This document shows positions 11,535 through 20,797 of a stretch of 64,000 nucleotides of DNA, piece after piece. Under the pieces are notes generated by a model that saw only the letters and a program-made list of their open reading frames with translations, had not been told where the DNA came from and ran no database searches. Origin of the DNA: Candidatus Xenobia bacterium (lineage in GTDB: Bacteria; Vulcanimicrobiota; Xenobia; Xenobiales; QWHO01); NCBI GenBank assembly GCA_045863235.1, contig BTUM01000007.1:1-64000 (forward strand), written 5' to 3'. A program made the translations under genes and the position numbers. Position 1 is the first letter of the stretch. Each line of letters starts with the position of its first letter.

Positions 11535-14500
11535 GTCAGCCGCACCCGCACGCCCTCCTTGAGCTGGGCGCTGATGCGGTCGCGCAGCTCCTGCAAGAAG
11601 GCCTCCAGCTCTTGCAGGTTGTTGAACTCGCGGCCGGTGGTCTTCACCCGCAGGGGCACGATGACGACGTGCTGGACAATCTCATCGAAGCGCCGGTTGG
11701 CCTCTTCGTCAGCGTGGCGCAGCTGGGCCGGCACCGAGTCGCGCAGGAAGGCCAGCGCCGGGCTGGTGGCCTCGGGGGTGGTGGTGCAACGCGCCTCGCG
11801 CAGGGGGCGCAGCACGTGGTCGGACTGCTCGCTCTTGAGCTTGTTGAACCCGTCGCGCAGGATCAGACGGTCGTGCAGCTCCTGGTAGAGCTTGTCCTGA
11901 CGATCGAGATAGTCGGCGCGCGCCTCGCGATAGCGACTCTGGATGCGCTCGGCGGCCTCCACCACGCTGTCCACCTCGCGCCAGGGGCAGGGAGCATCGA
12001 ACTGTCTCTCGAGCTGGTCCCAGTCACGGGCCACCTCTTGCTCGAGGCCTACGGTGCGCAGCTGCTCGAGCTCGACGGTGCGCACCCGGTCGACCCGGTT
12101 GAGCTTGCGCAGCGAGTCCTCGGTCAGGTCGCCCAGGTAGATTCCCAGGTGCTGCAGCCCGTCGCGCAGGGCGTCGAGGTGCTGCAGCACTGCCTTGAGG
12201 ACGTCCTCGACGTGGCGCGAGCGCATGCACCGGGCCAGCACTCCGCCCAGTTGCTCGAGGGCTCGGGGCACCTCGCTCTGGCGGGGCAGGCGCGCGAGGC
12301 GTTGCTGGAGCTCTTGCAGCTTTTCGAGCTGGCTCGGAAAATGACGGAAGATGGCATCGGCCAGGTGGTCGTTGTCGGGGTCGGCCTCCACTCTCAGGCT
12401 GTCAGATAAAAAGCGGCGCAGCTTGACGCGGGCCTGGGGGGTCAGGCCGCTGTCGTCGGCCGGCAGGATGTCGGCCAGCTTGAAGTCGCGGTCGCGGCGG
12501 AAGAGGTCTTGCACGTCCGGGTCTTGCACCGAGGTGACCCGCACGCCCGAGGCCGGGCGCAACACCACGAAGCTGCCCCGCAGAAGGCCGAGCACCGAGG
12601 CCCGCACGATGTCGGGGGCATAGCCGTAGGGCGGCCCGCCGAACTCGCCCAGCAGATTGGCGCCGGTGGTGCCGTTGTTGGCGATGATGAACTCCTTGAT
12701 GCGGGTGGGCACCTCGCCCCGACAGGTGGGAGAGTAGCGGCCCGAGTCGAGCTCGAGCAGGCCCAGCTCGCCCGGGAGGAACTTGTTGCTCACTCCCCTC
12801 AGCTCGAACTCGAGCAGCTGTCTCATGTCGCCCTCGGTGATGGCCAGCTCGGTGAAGTGAGGATAAAGAGCGGGCAGCACCTCCTGGCCGGCTGCCTGCA
12901 GCACGTTCGGGAAGCTGCGCGACCAGCTTTCCTTGTTCAGCTTGCGGGCTCTGAAGTAGAGCTCGCCGGCCAGGAAGCAGGCGGCCACCTGGTCGTTGAA
13001 ATCGTTCTCGAGATGGTCGAGCCGGGTGCGTTCATCGTAGAGCAGGCGGCGCCGAGCCTCGGGCAGCGATTGCTGGCGCGGCTCGTAGCGGCCCACCATC
13101 TGGCGCGAGCGAATCAGCTCGCGGGCGCGCTGCTCGAGCCCGGTGGTGGAGCCGCACACCCAGACAATTCGGTCGCGGCGTAGCTGCTCGTCGCTCTCCT
13201 TGAGCCAGAGCTCCTCTCGTCGCTCTTCCTGGCGAGTGAGAAAAGCCAGATCGAAGCCCACCACGGCCGGATCGTTGGGGGAGACCAGCCGCTCGTCGCG
13301 CGTGGCACGCCCGTCGGAGAAGCTGGCGGCCAGGGGGAAGGGACGGTTGCGATAGCGAGGCCTGTCGGCCTGCCCCACCAGCTGTTTGAGCTTTTCAGCC
13401 ACCAGCACGCTGACGGCCTGACCGGTCACGCCGTAGCTGTCGCGCTCGTTGGCCCAGTCCTGGCCGGCCGAGCTCTGAATGCGATAGCCCTGCTTTTCCG
13501 AGCGCGACAGGATGCCGTGCTCGGCGAGCTTCTCCAGGGCGCTTCGGAGCGCTTCCACCTCGCTCCCGGCGCCCAGCCGCGGATAGAGGCAGCGGGCCAC
13601 CAGCTCGGGCGTGGTGGGCTCCTGGTCCTGAATCAACTCCAGCAGCGCCACCGCCCTGGCGGCCCGCATCACGTTCCGGTCCGAGACCAGGTCGTCGAGG
13701 CTGGCCAGGCGGGCCATCGTGTTCTGCACGTCGGCGTCCAGGGCGGTGTGCTGCACATCGTAGATCTGGTCGATGGTCAGCAGCGTGCCCAGAGGCTGCT
13801 CACCCAGCTCGAGCTCTCGAAACAGCTCGCCGAGCAGCTGCAGCAGGCCGCGAATGGCGTGGTCGTCGCCCTTCATGCGGGTGGAGCGGGCCCTCAGGCT
13901 GCTGGTGATCTGCATCAAGAGGTCCACGTGGGCGGGCAGCATGGGGTAGACTTCCAGAAAGTCCATGCTGGTGATCTGATCGCATTTGTAGCCGTACAGG
14001 CAAAGGTCGGGGCGGTGCTGATCGAAGAGCGCCTCGAGCTCTCTGACTTTGAGCGGGTCTTTCTTGAGCAGCCTCTTGTGGACCACGTCGCGGATGTTGG
14101 TGGGGGCAAGGTGCACGCGCAGACGGGGAGGAAAGCGGTCTTTCAGCTTGCTGATGTTCCCACCCTCGACGTCTTCTTCGATCTTCTGCTGGCCGGTGGC
14201 AAAGATCCACACACGGCCCTTGAGCCGTTGCCCCAGCGCCGCCACAAAAGTCTGCAGCTTGAGCATGCGAGCTTCGTGGCCGTGGATGTACTGGCTGACC
14301 TCGTCCACCACCAGGAACACCGTCTTGCCGGGGGCGCGAAAGCCGAGCATGGCCTCGATGTCGCGCACCGTCTCGTCCACGGCCGTGCCCACTCCGGCCT
14401 GAGAGCCAGTGCGGATGTCGAGCCAGGCCATGGGGTCCTCGTAGCGGCTGGGAAACATCGCGTGCATGACCTCTGAGAAATGGTCCTCGGCCAGGCTCTC

Positions 14501-15142
14501 GGCGCGGGCCTGGCTCCAGGGCTTTCCGAGGGTCTGCTCGGCCAGGCTGAGAAACCTCTCATACTCATTGTCCTGCTCGAGCTTGAGCTCGAAGTCGGCC
14601 ACGTAGTGGCTCCCGGGGCAGTAGCCCAGCCGCTCTTGCAGCTGCCGTTTGGCGGCGGTGTGGATGTGCTCGTCATCGCGGGCCATGGCCCCGATGTCGA
14701 AGACCACCGCCAGCGGGTCGAGCTGGCCGCGCAAGTAGCTCCAGGCGGCGTGCAGCTCCTGGCGGCGAGGCGAGTCGTCTCGAGCCAGCAGCGCCGCCGA
14801 CAGCTTGCGACCGTCCGGAAGCACGCGCTCATCCAGCGACAGCCCCAGCAGCTTGGCGAAGCTGCTCTTGCCCGAGCCGTAGAAGCCAGAGATCCAGCAG
14901 GCCGGCAGCTCCACCCCGCCCGACCTGCCGAGCTCGGTGCTAAGGGCCTTGAGCAGGTGCACGAACTGCTCATGGATGCCGTCGCCGGTCCGCTGCCGGC
15001 GCGGGTCCCCCTCCTCGTAGCCGCCAGTGATGATGTACTCGTTTACCTCCTCGAGCAGCTTCTCGGGTTTTTGCTCGTGGAAGTAGATCACCGGCGGGAT
15101 ATCGCGGGTGATGTCGGACTGGAATATCTCCTTGATCTTCAC
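11531..15142 (-). CDS. brxC: BREX P-loop ATPase BrxC
   Basis: MKIKEIFQSDITRDIPPVIY, EYIIT, WISGFYGSGKSSFAK, VVDEVSQYI, ATGQQ, KLKDRF; 1203 aa. Confidence 0.92.
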   Translation of the reverse strand: MKIKEIFQSDITRDIPPVIYFHEQKPEKLLEEVNEYIITGGYEEGDPRRQRTGDGIHEQFVHLLKALSTELGRSGGVELPACWISGFYGSGKSSFAKLLGLSLDERVLPDGRKLSAALLARDDSPRRQELHAAWSYLRGQLDPLAVVFDIGAMARDDEHIHTAAKRQLQERLGYCPGSHYVADFELKLEQDNEYERFLSLAEQTLGKPWSQARAESLAEDHFSEVMHAMFPSRYEDPMAWLDIRTGSQAGVGTAVDETVRDIEAMLGFRAPGKTVFLVVDEVSQYIHGHEARMLKLQTFVAALGQRLKGRVWIFATGQQKIEEDVEGGNISKLKDRFPPRLRVHLAPTNIRDVVHKRLLKKDPLKVRELEALFDQHRPDLCLYGYKCDQITSMDFLEVYPMLPAHVDLLMQITSSLRARSTRMKGDDHAIRGLLQLLGELFRELELGEQPLGTLLTIDQIYDVQHTALDADVQNTMARLASLDDLVSDRNVMRAARAVALLELIQDQEPTTPELVARCLYPRLGAGSEVEALRSALEKLAEHGILSRSEKQGYRIQSSAGQDWANERDSYGVTGQAVSVLVAEKLKQLVGQADRPRYRNRPFPLAASFSDGRATRDERLVSPNDPAVVGFDLAFLTRQEERREELWLKESDEQLRRDRIVWVCGSTTGLEQRARELIRSRQMVGRYEPRQQSLPEARRRLLYDERTRLDHLENDFNDQVAACFLAGELYFRARKLNKESWSRSFPNVLQAAGQEVLPALYPHFTELAITEGDMRQLLEFELRGVSNKFLPGELGLLELDSGRYSPTCRGEVPTRIKEFIIANNGTTGANLLGEFGGPPYGYAPDIVRASVLGLLRGSFVVLRPASGVRVTSVQDPDVQDLFRRDRDFKLADILPADDSGLTPQARVKLRRFLSDSLRVEADPDNDHLADAIFRHFPSQLEKLQELQQRLARLPRQSEVPRALEQLGGVLARCMRSRHVEDVLKAVLQHLDALRDGLQHLGIYLGDLTEDSLRKLNRVDRVRTVELEQLRTVGLEQEVARDWDQLERQFDAPCPWREVDSVVEAAERIQSRYREARADYLDRQDKLYQELHDRLILRDGFNKLKSEQSDHVLRPLREARCTTTPEATSPALAFLRDSVPAQLRHADEEANRRFDEIVQHVVIVPLRVKTTGREFNNLQELEAFLQELRDRISAQLKEGVRVRLT

Positions 15143-15768
15143 GCCATGGCCTCCGAGTAGATGCGGGGTCGGTAGTCGCGGTCGGGGGGAAGCTCGCCCA
15201 TGAAGCTCAGCGCGGTCTTGTCGCGCTGCTCGCCCGGGTAGAGCAGCACCACGGGAATCTGACGGGTCTTGCCATCGAGGTGCCGGAGCAGGCTCGAGGA
15301 GCGATAGAAGGGATACAGGGCCCCCACGCGCCGGATCCAGATCAAGGTGCGCTCGGTATCGTGGGGCTGGCTGTCGGAGAACTCCTCGATCACCCGAACC
15401 ACGTCCGCAGCCAGGCCGTCCTCCCCTCCGATGAGCTGGCCCACCTGCTCGCGCAGACGGCTCAGAGCTCGGTCAGGATGGCGCTGATACTGCCGCTTCT
15501 CGGTCATGATCATCCTTGCGAGCACGTCCTCACCGAGCGACTTGAGGCGCTGCAAGAAGAGGCGCTGCATCGAGATGTCGAGCACGCTCCAGTGGCGGGC
15601 CTTCAGCTCGTCAGAAAGCGCTCGTACCTTCTTGCGCATCTCGAATTCGCTCTCGGGGGGGTAGGGGAGGATGGCGAACCGGTAGTTGCGCATGGTGGAG
15701 ATGCGCGGCCCTTCCTCGGCCAGAAGGTCACGCTTGAGCCCTTCAAAGGCGTTGCCGAGCCCGGTCAC
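15139..15768 (-). CDS. brxB: BREX protein BrxB (DUF1788-like)
   Basis: GPRISTMRNYRFAILPY, GALYPFYRSSSLL, PVVLLYPG, LSFMG..DYRPRIY. GTG start at 15768 overlaps the brxA stop (GTGA). Confidence 0.85.
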   Translation of the reverse strand: MTGLGNAFEGLKRDLLAEEGPRISTMRNYRFAILPYPPESEFEMRKKVRALSDELKARHWSVLDISMQRLFLQRLKSLGEDVLARMIMTEKRQYQRHPDRALSRLREQVGQLIGGEDGLAADVVRVIEEFSDSQPHDTERTLIWIRRVGALYPFYRSSSLLRHLDGKTRQIPVVLLYPGEQRDKTALSFMGELPPDRDYRPRIYSEAMA

Positions 15769-16526
15769 AACACCGCCTCGGCCCACTCGAGCAGGCTGGC
15801 GTGCTCGAAACTCAGGTCGTGCACGTCGCCGGCCCGCGCGTAGCGCACCCAGGGCATGCGGCGCAATCGCTGCTCCCATTCCACCGCTTCGATGCCCACC
15901 GAAGCAAGATACGGGTTGTCGCGCAGACTGCCCTCGAACTCCACTTCGCGCAGAAGCTGCAACAGGTAACCCAGGGCCAGGTCGCTGACCCGGGGAAGCC
16001 TGAGCGGTCGCACCGCCGAGCTTCCCTCGCACAGACCAGCCTCGCAGGCGCAGGCCAGAAGACCCGCCGCCATGCGCTGGCTGGTGGAGGAGGCCCAGCG
16101 CCCCTCGGTCTTGCGGTCCACGAAGCGCAGCGTGGTGGTGCGATCGATGGTGGGCTCGGGGTGAAGGCGTCGCCCTGGCAGGATGCTGCCGGTGAACTCA
16201 CGGTAGAGCGGGTCGGAAAGCTGCACGTGCCAGTGACACAGCACGTTGCGCTCGCGTGGGTCGGCCGGTTTCCAGCGGTGCAGCACCTGCAGGGCCCGGG
16301 GGTAGGTGTCGTAGCGATGGATGAAGTTGCTCACCAGGTAGCGTACCCTGGCCATGGTGCGGCTTCCGAACCAGCGTTCCTCGAACGCCACCCGGGCGCG
16401 CTCTCCCTCCAAGAGTGAGCGGTTGGCGTTCTCCCAGTAAGCGCGGCTGTCCTCGGCCCCCAGCCCCATGCGCAGCATGCGGGTGTGGATTTCGGTGGCC
16501 TCGCGCGGTTTCTCCAGGGCGATCAC
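15765..16526 (-). CDS. brxA: BREX protein BrxA (DUF1819-like)
   Basis: HTRMLR, AFEERWFG, CHWHVQLSDPLYREFT; located between brxE and brxB with GTGA overlaps on both sides. Confidence 0.8.
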   Translation of the reverse strand: MIALEKPREATEIHTRMLRMGLGAEDSRAYWENANRSLLEGERARVAFEERWFGSRTMARVRYLVSNFIHRYDTYPRALQVLHRWKPADPRERNVLCHWHVQLSDPLYREFTGSILPGRRLHPEPTIDRTTTLRFVDRKTEGRWASSTSQRMAAGLLACACEAGLCEGSSAVRPLRLPRVSDLALGYLLQLLREVEFEGSLRDNPYLASVGIEAVEWEQRLRRMPWVRYARAGDVHDLSFEHASLLEWAEAVL

Positions 16527-17074
16527 AGGCGGTAGTACGGGGCCGGATAGCTCGCCGGCAGGGGCAGCATGGCGGCGGCCAGGCATCGTGCCGCCTCGGC
16601 CGGGTCGGAGGGCATGGGGCCTTTCAGCTCGCGCCCTCCCGGTTGCACCGTATAGTCGCTCTGGGGGCCGAGCGCTTGCTCGAGCGCGGCCCGATCGAAG
16701 CGAGCCGTGGGCAACACGCTGATGGGCAGCTTGAGGGCCTCTTCAGGAGGCACCTGGCTCCACTTCAGCTCGCGGATGCGCTCGTCGAGCTGCTCTTCCA
16801 GCTCGAACCCCCAGCGATACAGGGTGCGGACGTTCTCGTGGCTGTGGGCCCTCTGGTCGGTCAGCCGGGCGGCCCGACGCACCGCCTCCAAAGCGGCCCA
16901 GCGATGCGTGCGCGGAGCCAGCCGCTGCATGAAGTCGCCCCCGCCGTATTCGTTCACCAGGTCGGTGCGCCACCAGCCGAGTCGGGGTGGGTCACTCTGG
17001 CCTTCCCCGGCCCAGGACAGGGCTAATTGCAGCGCCAGAATCTGGTCGATTGCGATGGCAACGGATGGCATCAC
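16523..17074 (-). CDS. brxE: BREX type 6 protein BrxE
   Basis: DQILALQLALSWAGE, PRLGWWRTDL, GGGDFMQRLAPRT, C-terminal YPAPYYRL; first gene of the locus. Confidence 0.82.
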   Translation of the reverse strand: MMPSVAIAIDQILALQLALSWAGEGQSDPPRLGWWRTDLVNEYGGGDFMQRLAPRTHRWAALEAVRRAARLTDQRAHSHENVRTLYRWGFELEEQLDERIRELKWSQVPPEEALKLPISVLPTARFDRAALEQALGPQSDYTVQPGGRELKGPMPSDPAEAARCLAAAMLPLPASYPAPYYRL

Positions 17075-17361
17075 TACCCCCTGAAGTCGTGGATTGCAGC
17101 GCCCTTCGGGGAGCCGGTTGCGATTCCCTCGGGATCGCTATTTCCGGTGTTCGTCAACTCCATGGCGCTTTGCGGATGTTTGAGACTGTTGCGAGCCGAC
17201 CAGTGGCCTCGCAGGCTGGACTGAGGCTGGACGGGGATTGAGCCACGTTCCCGACGCCCTTCAGCAACCTCGTTGCGCTTCAGGGCATACTTTCCGCCCT
17301 GGCGCAGGATCTTCAAGCTGCCGCCCTCAGACCCCAGGTGAAGCATGGTTTCGATGCTCAT
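17074..17361 (-). CDS. small hypothetical ORF, possibly a truncated remnant
   Basis: GAGG RBS before the ATG; the N-terminus (LHLGSEGGSL) looks protein-like but the distal half looks random. Confidence 0.3.
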   Translation of the reverse strand: MSIETMLHLGSEGGSLKILRQGGKYALKRNEVAEGRRERGSIPVQPQSSLRGHWSARNSLKHPQSAMELTNTGNSDPEGIATGSPKGAAIHDFRG

Positions 17362-17403
17362 ATCCTCAGCTTAGCGCCTGTCCGCGACAGGGAATGTCGT
17401 TGC

Positions 17404-19791
17404 TCAAAGCCGGTGCACCCGGCTGACCGTCTCCAGGGCCCGGAAGCGCTCGGGGTGACAGGTGAAGAGCAGCACCTGGAGCCTCCCTGAAACCTCCTTG
17501 AGCAGCGAGCAGGCCCGCTCCATGCGCTGGTCGTCGGTGTGCACGAGGCTGTCGTCGAGCAGCAGAACCTGCGACTCGCCCCGTTCGGACAAGAGCTCGG
17601 CCAGGCATACCCGGGCCAGGAACGAGAGCTGCTCGCGGGTGCCAAAAGAAAGCTCGCCCACCTCGGGTCGGTGGTCGGTGTAGGCGGCCACCACCGATTG
17701 GGGCTGAAAGTCGCCCTTGAGCAGCACCCCCTGGTAGCGAGCCGAGGTCAGCTCCACCAGGCGCTCGCTCAAACGGGTCTGGAGGGGGCCCACCAGATCG
17801 TCCTGGAGGTCGGCTTTGGTCTGGGTGAGGGCCTCACGTAGGAGCCGGATGGCCTGGGCCTCGAGCTCGACCTGGCGCTCTTCCTGGAAGGCGCGGGCAT
17901 ATTCTTCCTGGGCCACGGCCAGCTTCTCGTAGAGCCCTTTGTAGCGGCCCACGGCCCCGATCTTCTGCTGCGTCTCGCCGGCCACTCGCTCGCGGTCGGA
18001 GCGCACGGCCTCGACTCGTCCGCGCAGGGCGGCCAGCCCCTCGCGGGTGACCGGGGTGCCGGAGGGGGGCACCAGGGCGGCTCGCCTTTCCTCCAGGTCG
18101 CGGGCCAGCCTGGCGATCGCATCCTCCAGCGGCTTGTCCGGGAAGGGCTCTTTGAGCCCCAGTTCGGGGCGCTCTTTGGCCTGTGAGAGCAAGAGCTCGT
18201 GCACGGTCTTCCAGCGGCTCTCGGGGTCGTCGCGCAGCAGGGTCTCGAGCTCGCTCTGACAGGACCGGTAGCGCTGGTCGGCCTGGGCGTAGTCTCGCTC
18301 GGCCTGCTCGAGGGCGGCGGGCATCGCGGCCAGCTCGCGCTCGAGCTCATCGAGCCGATCGCCCACCTGCGGCTCGACCGGCTCGACGGTCTTGAAGGTC
18401 TTCAGCCGCGCGTTTAGCTCCTGGGCGCGCTGGTAACGCTCCTCGGCCTCCTGGGCGCTGCCCACCCGCAGCACGGCCAGCAGGCGCGCCAGCTCTTCTT
18501 TCTGGGAAGCCAGAGCCTGCCACTTGCTCTCCTGGTTGGCGCTCTCCACCATCAGCCGGGCCACCCCGGGCAGCTCGAGAGAGAGCGCGCTCCGCACCTT
18601 GTAGCTCTGGCTCGCGCCGGCAGCCAGGCTGCCTTCCTGGGGCACGCCGTCGAGCACCGCGCGGGGCGCTAGCAGGGTCTCGGCGGTCAGCGTGACGCTG
18701 GCCGCTCCCGAGTCGAGGGCGGCTTCCTGTCCGGCGATGCTCGACTCGAGCTTGCCCAGCTTCGTCAGCTCCTCCTTGCTGGGGGGAGAAAGCTCCTCCA
18801 GCTCGCGCGTCAAGAGCGAGCGAACGCGCCCTTGCAGGCTGGCCTGGCGCTGTTGCAGCTCGTCCACACGCGCGCGGGTCGGCCGCTCGCCCGAGCGCTC
18901 GCGCAGGGCCTGCAAGCGCTCCTCGTAGTTGGCCCGCGAGGCCTCCAGCTCGCGCAGGCTGACCACATTGCGGGCCCAGCCGGCCTGCCAGGACTCCAGG
19001 GCCTTCTTCTCCTGCTCCAGGGCGTTGCAGATCTGCACCTCGCGTTCGTAGAGGTCCCAGGCGCCCAGCGCCTCCTGGTCGCGGTCGAGCCGCTCTTGCA
19101 GGGCCCTCGCCTCCTGCTCCAGGCTGGCCACATCCTCGCTCAGGCTCCGGATCTGCTCGCTCAGCCGGTTGCACTCCTCGAGCTCGGACTCGTGCTCGGT
19201 GACCCGGTTCTCGCTTTGCAGGGTGCGGTCGCGCACGGCCTTGAAGGCCGAGTTGGCCGAGGCGCGCTTGTCGGTCCACCAGCGGTCCATCTCGTCTTTC
19301 AAAGTCGCTTCGAGCCAGCTCACGCCGGGCGTCACCGCCTCCAGGCTGGCCAGCTGCGAGCGCATGGAGACGGGGACGGCCGGCAGGGCGGTGTCACCCT
19401 GGACGGCCCAGAGGCTGGCCAGGCCCTCGACGGGAAGCAGGGCGTCGAGCTTCTCCTGCAGCCCTTCGTCCTGGGCCACGAGCTTGCCGTCGCACTTGAG
19501 CCACGAGCCGGTGCGGGCCAAAAATCGCTTGCTCAGCTCGTACTTCTGGCCGCCCAGGTCGAAGGCGATCTCCACCAGCGGGTTGACCGAGGTGCCCCAG
19601 GGGCGAGCGCTTTGCATGCCGCTTTTGCCCCTTTTTGTAGGGGGCTCGAGCAAGACGCAGCGGATGGCCTCGCGCAGCGACGTCTTGCCACACTCGTTGG
19701 GCCCGTGAATGAGGTTCAGTCCGGGAGCAAGCTCGAGCTTGACCTGCCCCAGTCCCTTCCAGCCGTCGATTCGAAGCTCGTTGATTCTCAT
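17404..19791 (-). CDS. Rad50/SbcC-like (AAA_27/YhaN-type) coiled-coil ABC ATPase
   Basis: IHGPNECGKT, long coiled coil, LSFGTREQL signature, LLLDDSLVHTD, LFTCH; no CxxC hook seen. Confidence 0.85.
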   Translation of the reverse strand: MRINELRIDGWKGLGQVKLELAPGLNLIHGPNECGKTSLREAIRCVLLEPPTKRGKSGMQSARPWGTSVNPLVEIAFDLGGQKYELSKRFLARTGSWLKCDGKLVAQDEGLQEKLDALLPVEGLASLWAVQGDTALPAVPVSMRSQLASLEAVTPGVSWLEATLKDEMDRWWTDKRASANSAFKAVRDRTLQSENRVTEHESELEECNRLSEQIRSLSEDVASLEQEARALQERLDRDQEALGAWDLYEREVQICNALEQEKKALESWQAGWARNVVSLRELEASRANYEERLQALRERSGERPTRARVDELQQRQASLQGRVRSLLTRELEELSPPSKEELTKLGKLESSIAGQEAALDSGAASVTLTAETLLAPRAVLDGVPQEGSLAAGASQSYKVRSALSLELPGVARLMVESANQESKWQALASQKEELARLLAVLRVGSAQEAEERYQRAQELNARLKTFKTVEPVEPQVGDRLDELERELAAMPAALEQAERDYAQADQRYRSCQSELETLLRDDPESRWKTVHELLLSQAKERPELGLKEPFPDKPLEDAIARLARDLEERRAALVPPSGTPVTREGLAALRGRVEAVRSDRERVAGETQQKIGAVGRYKGLYEKLAVAQEEYARAFQEERQVELEAQAIRLLREALTQTKADLQDDLVGPLQTRLSERLVELTSARYQGVLLKGDFQPQSVVAAYTDHRPEVGELSFGTREQLSFLARVCLAELLSERGESQVLLLDDSLVHTDDQRMERACSLLKEVSGRLQVLLFTCHPERFRALETVSRVHRL

Positions 19792-20795
19792 CGTAGATCC
19801 TCCTGGCCCGACCGGGCGATCAGTTTGCGGAGCAGCACGAGCGCCTCGCGGGCGACCTCGGACGACTCGGGGAGCTCGCCCGGGTCGACCGTGACCGCGG
19901 CCGCCCGGGTCTGCAGGCTGGCGGCCATGCGCTGCAGCAGGGGATGGCGATAGCCCACGGGGGCGGCCACCCCCACCTCGTTGATCACGCTCAGGTGTCG
20001 GCAGCGCGAAGCCAGGCGCTCGAGCTCTTTGTCCAGCTTGCCCAGCTCGTCCTCGGGCAGGCTGCCAGTGAGGCGCACGCGCAGCAGCACGTTGCGTCCG
20101 CCCGGGTGCTGCAGGCTGGGAGGGCTCCCAACCTCCAGCTCAACCGACTGCCACGACCAGCGCGCCACCTTCACGGGGTGCACCTTCAGGGGGACAAGCT
20201 CGACGACCAGGGCCGAGCCGCTGTCTCCCTCGTAGTCCACCGGCTCGGGGGTGCCGCTGTAGCTCTCCTGGCGGTCCAGGCTACCGCCCAGAGCGAGGTA
20301 GTCAAGGCCATGGGAAGCGGGCGGGTCCCCCACCGCCAGCCCCACGCGCAGGCCGGTGTCGGAGCCCCGAGGGGGGATCCAGGAGAGGTCTGAGGTGCCC
20401 TCGCGCCGGGTGATGGGGCAGGGATAGAAGGTCAGCCCGCTCTTGAGCTCGACAGGCTCGCTCTTGCGCAGCACGCGCACCGGCTCCTGGAACAGGTCGG
20501 CGCGCAGCTCGTAGGGGCTGTCGGGGGTGAGGGGATCGGTCTCGCCGGGCAGGATCAGCACCGGCACCGAGCTCGCCCCGAGCAGGCGCGAGACGTCCAT
20601 CAGGGTGCGGTGGCTGATGCGGTTGTCGGCCAGGGTGTTGCCCACCAGCACCAGGGCCTCGACCCGCTCTTTCTCGGCCAGGGCCACCAGGCTCGAGAGA
20701 ACGTCCAGCCTGGCCTGGCGCAGCTCCTCGGCCAGCTCGGGCAGCTCGCGGAAATCGCGCCCCACCAGGACGTCGGATGTCTGCAGGATCTTCAT
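19788..20795 (-). CDS. Mre11/SbcD-like metallophosphoesterase-fold protein with degenerate catalytic motifs
   Basis: MKILQTSDVLVG, LVLVGNTLAD, ILPGETD, DYLALGGS, YSGTPEP. ATG at 20795 after GGAGG; ATGA overlap with the ATPase gene. Confidence 0.8.
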   Translation of the reverse strand: MKILQTSDVLVGRDFRELPELAEELRQARLDVLSSLVALAEKERVEALVLVGNTLADNRISHRTLMDVSRLLGASSVPVLILPGETDPLTPDSPYELRADLFQEPVRVLRKSEPVELKSGLTFYPCPITRREGTSDLSWIPPRGSDTGLRVGLAVGDPPASHGLDYLALGGSLDRQESYSGTPEPVDYEGDSGSALVVELVPLKVHPVKVARWSWQSVELEVGSPPSLQHPGGRNVLLRVRLTGSLPEDELGKLDKELERLASRCRHLSVINEVGVAAPVGYRHPLLQRMAASLQTRAAAVTVDPGELPESSEVAREALVLLRKLIARSGQEDLR

Positions 20796-20797
20796 GC

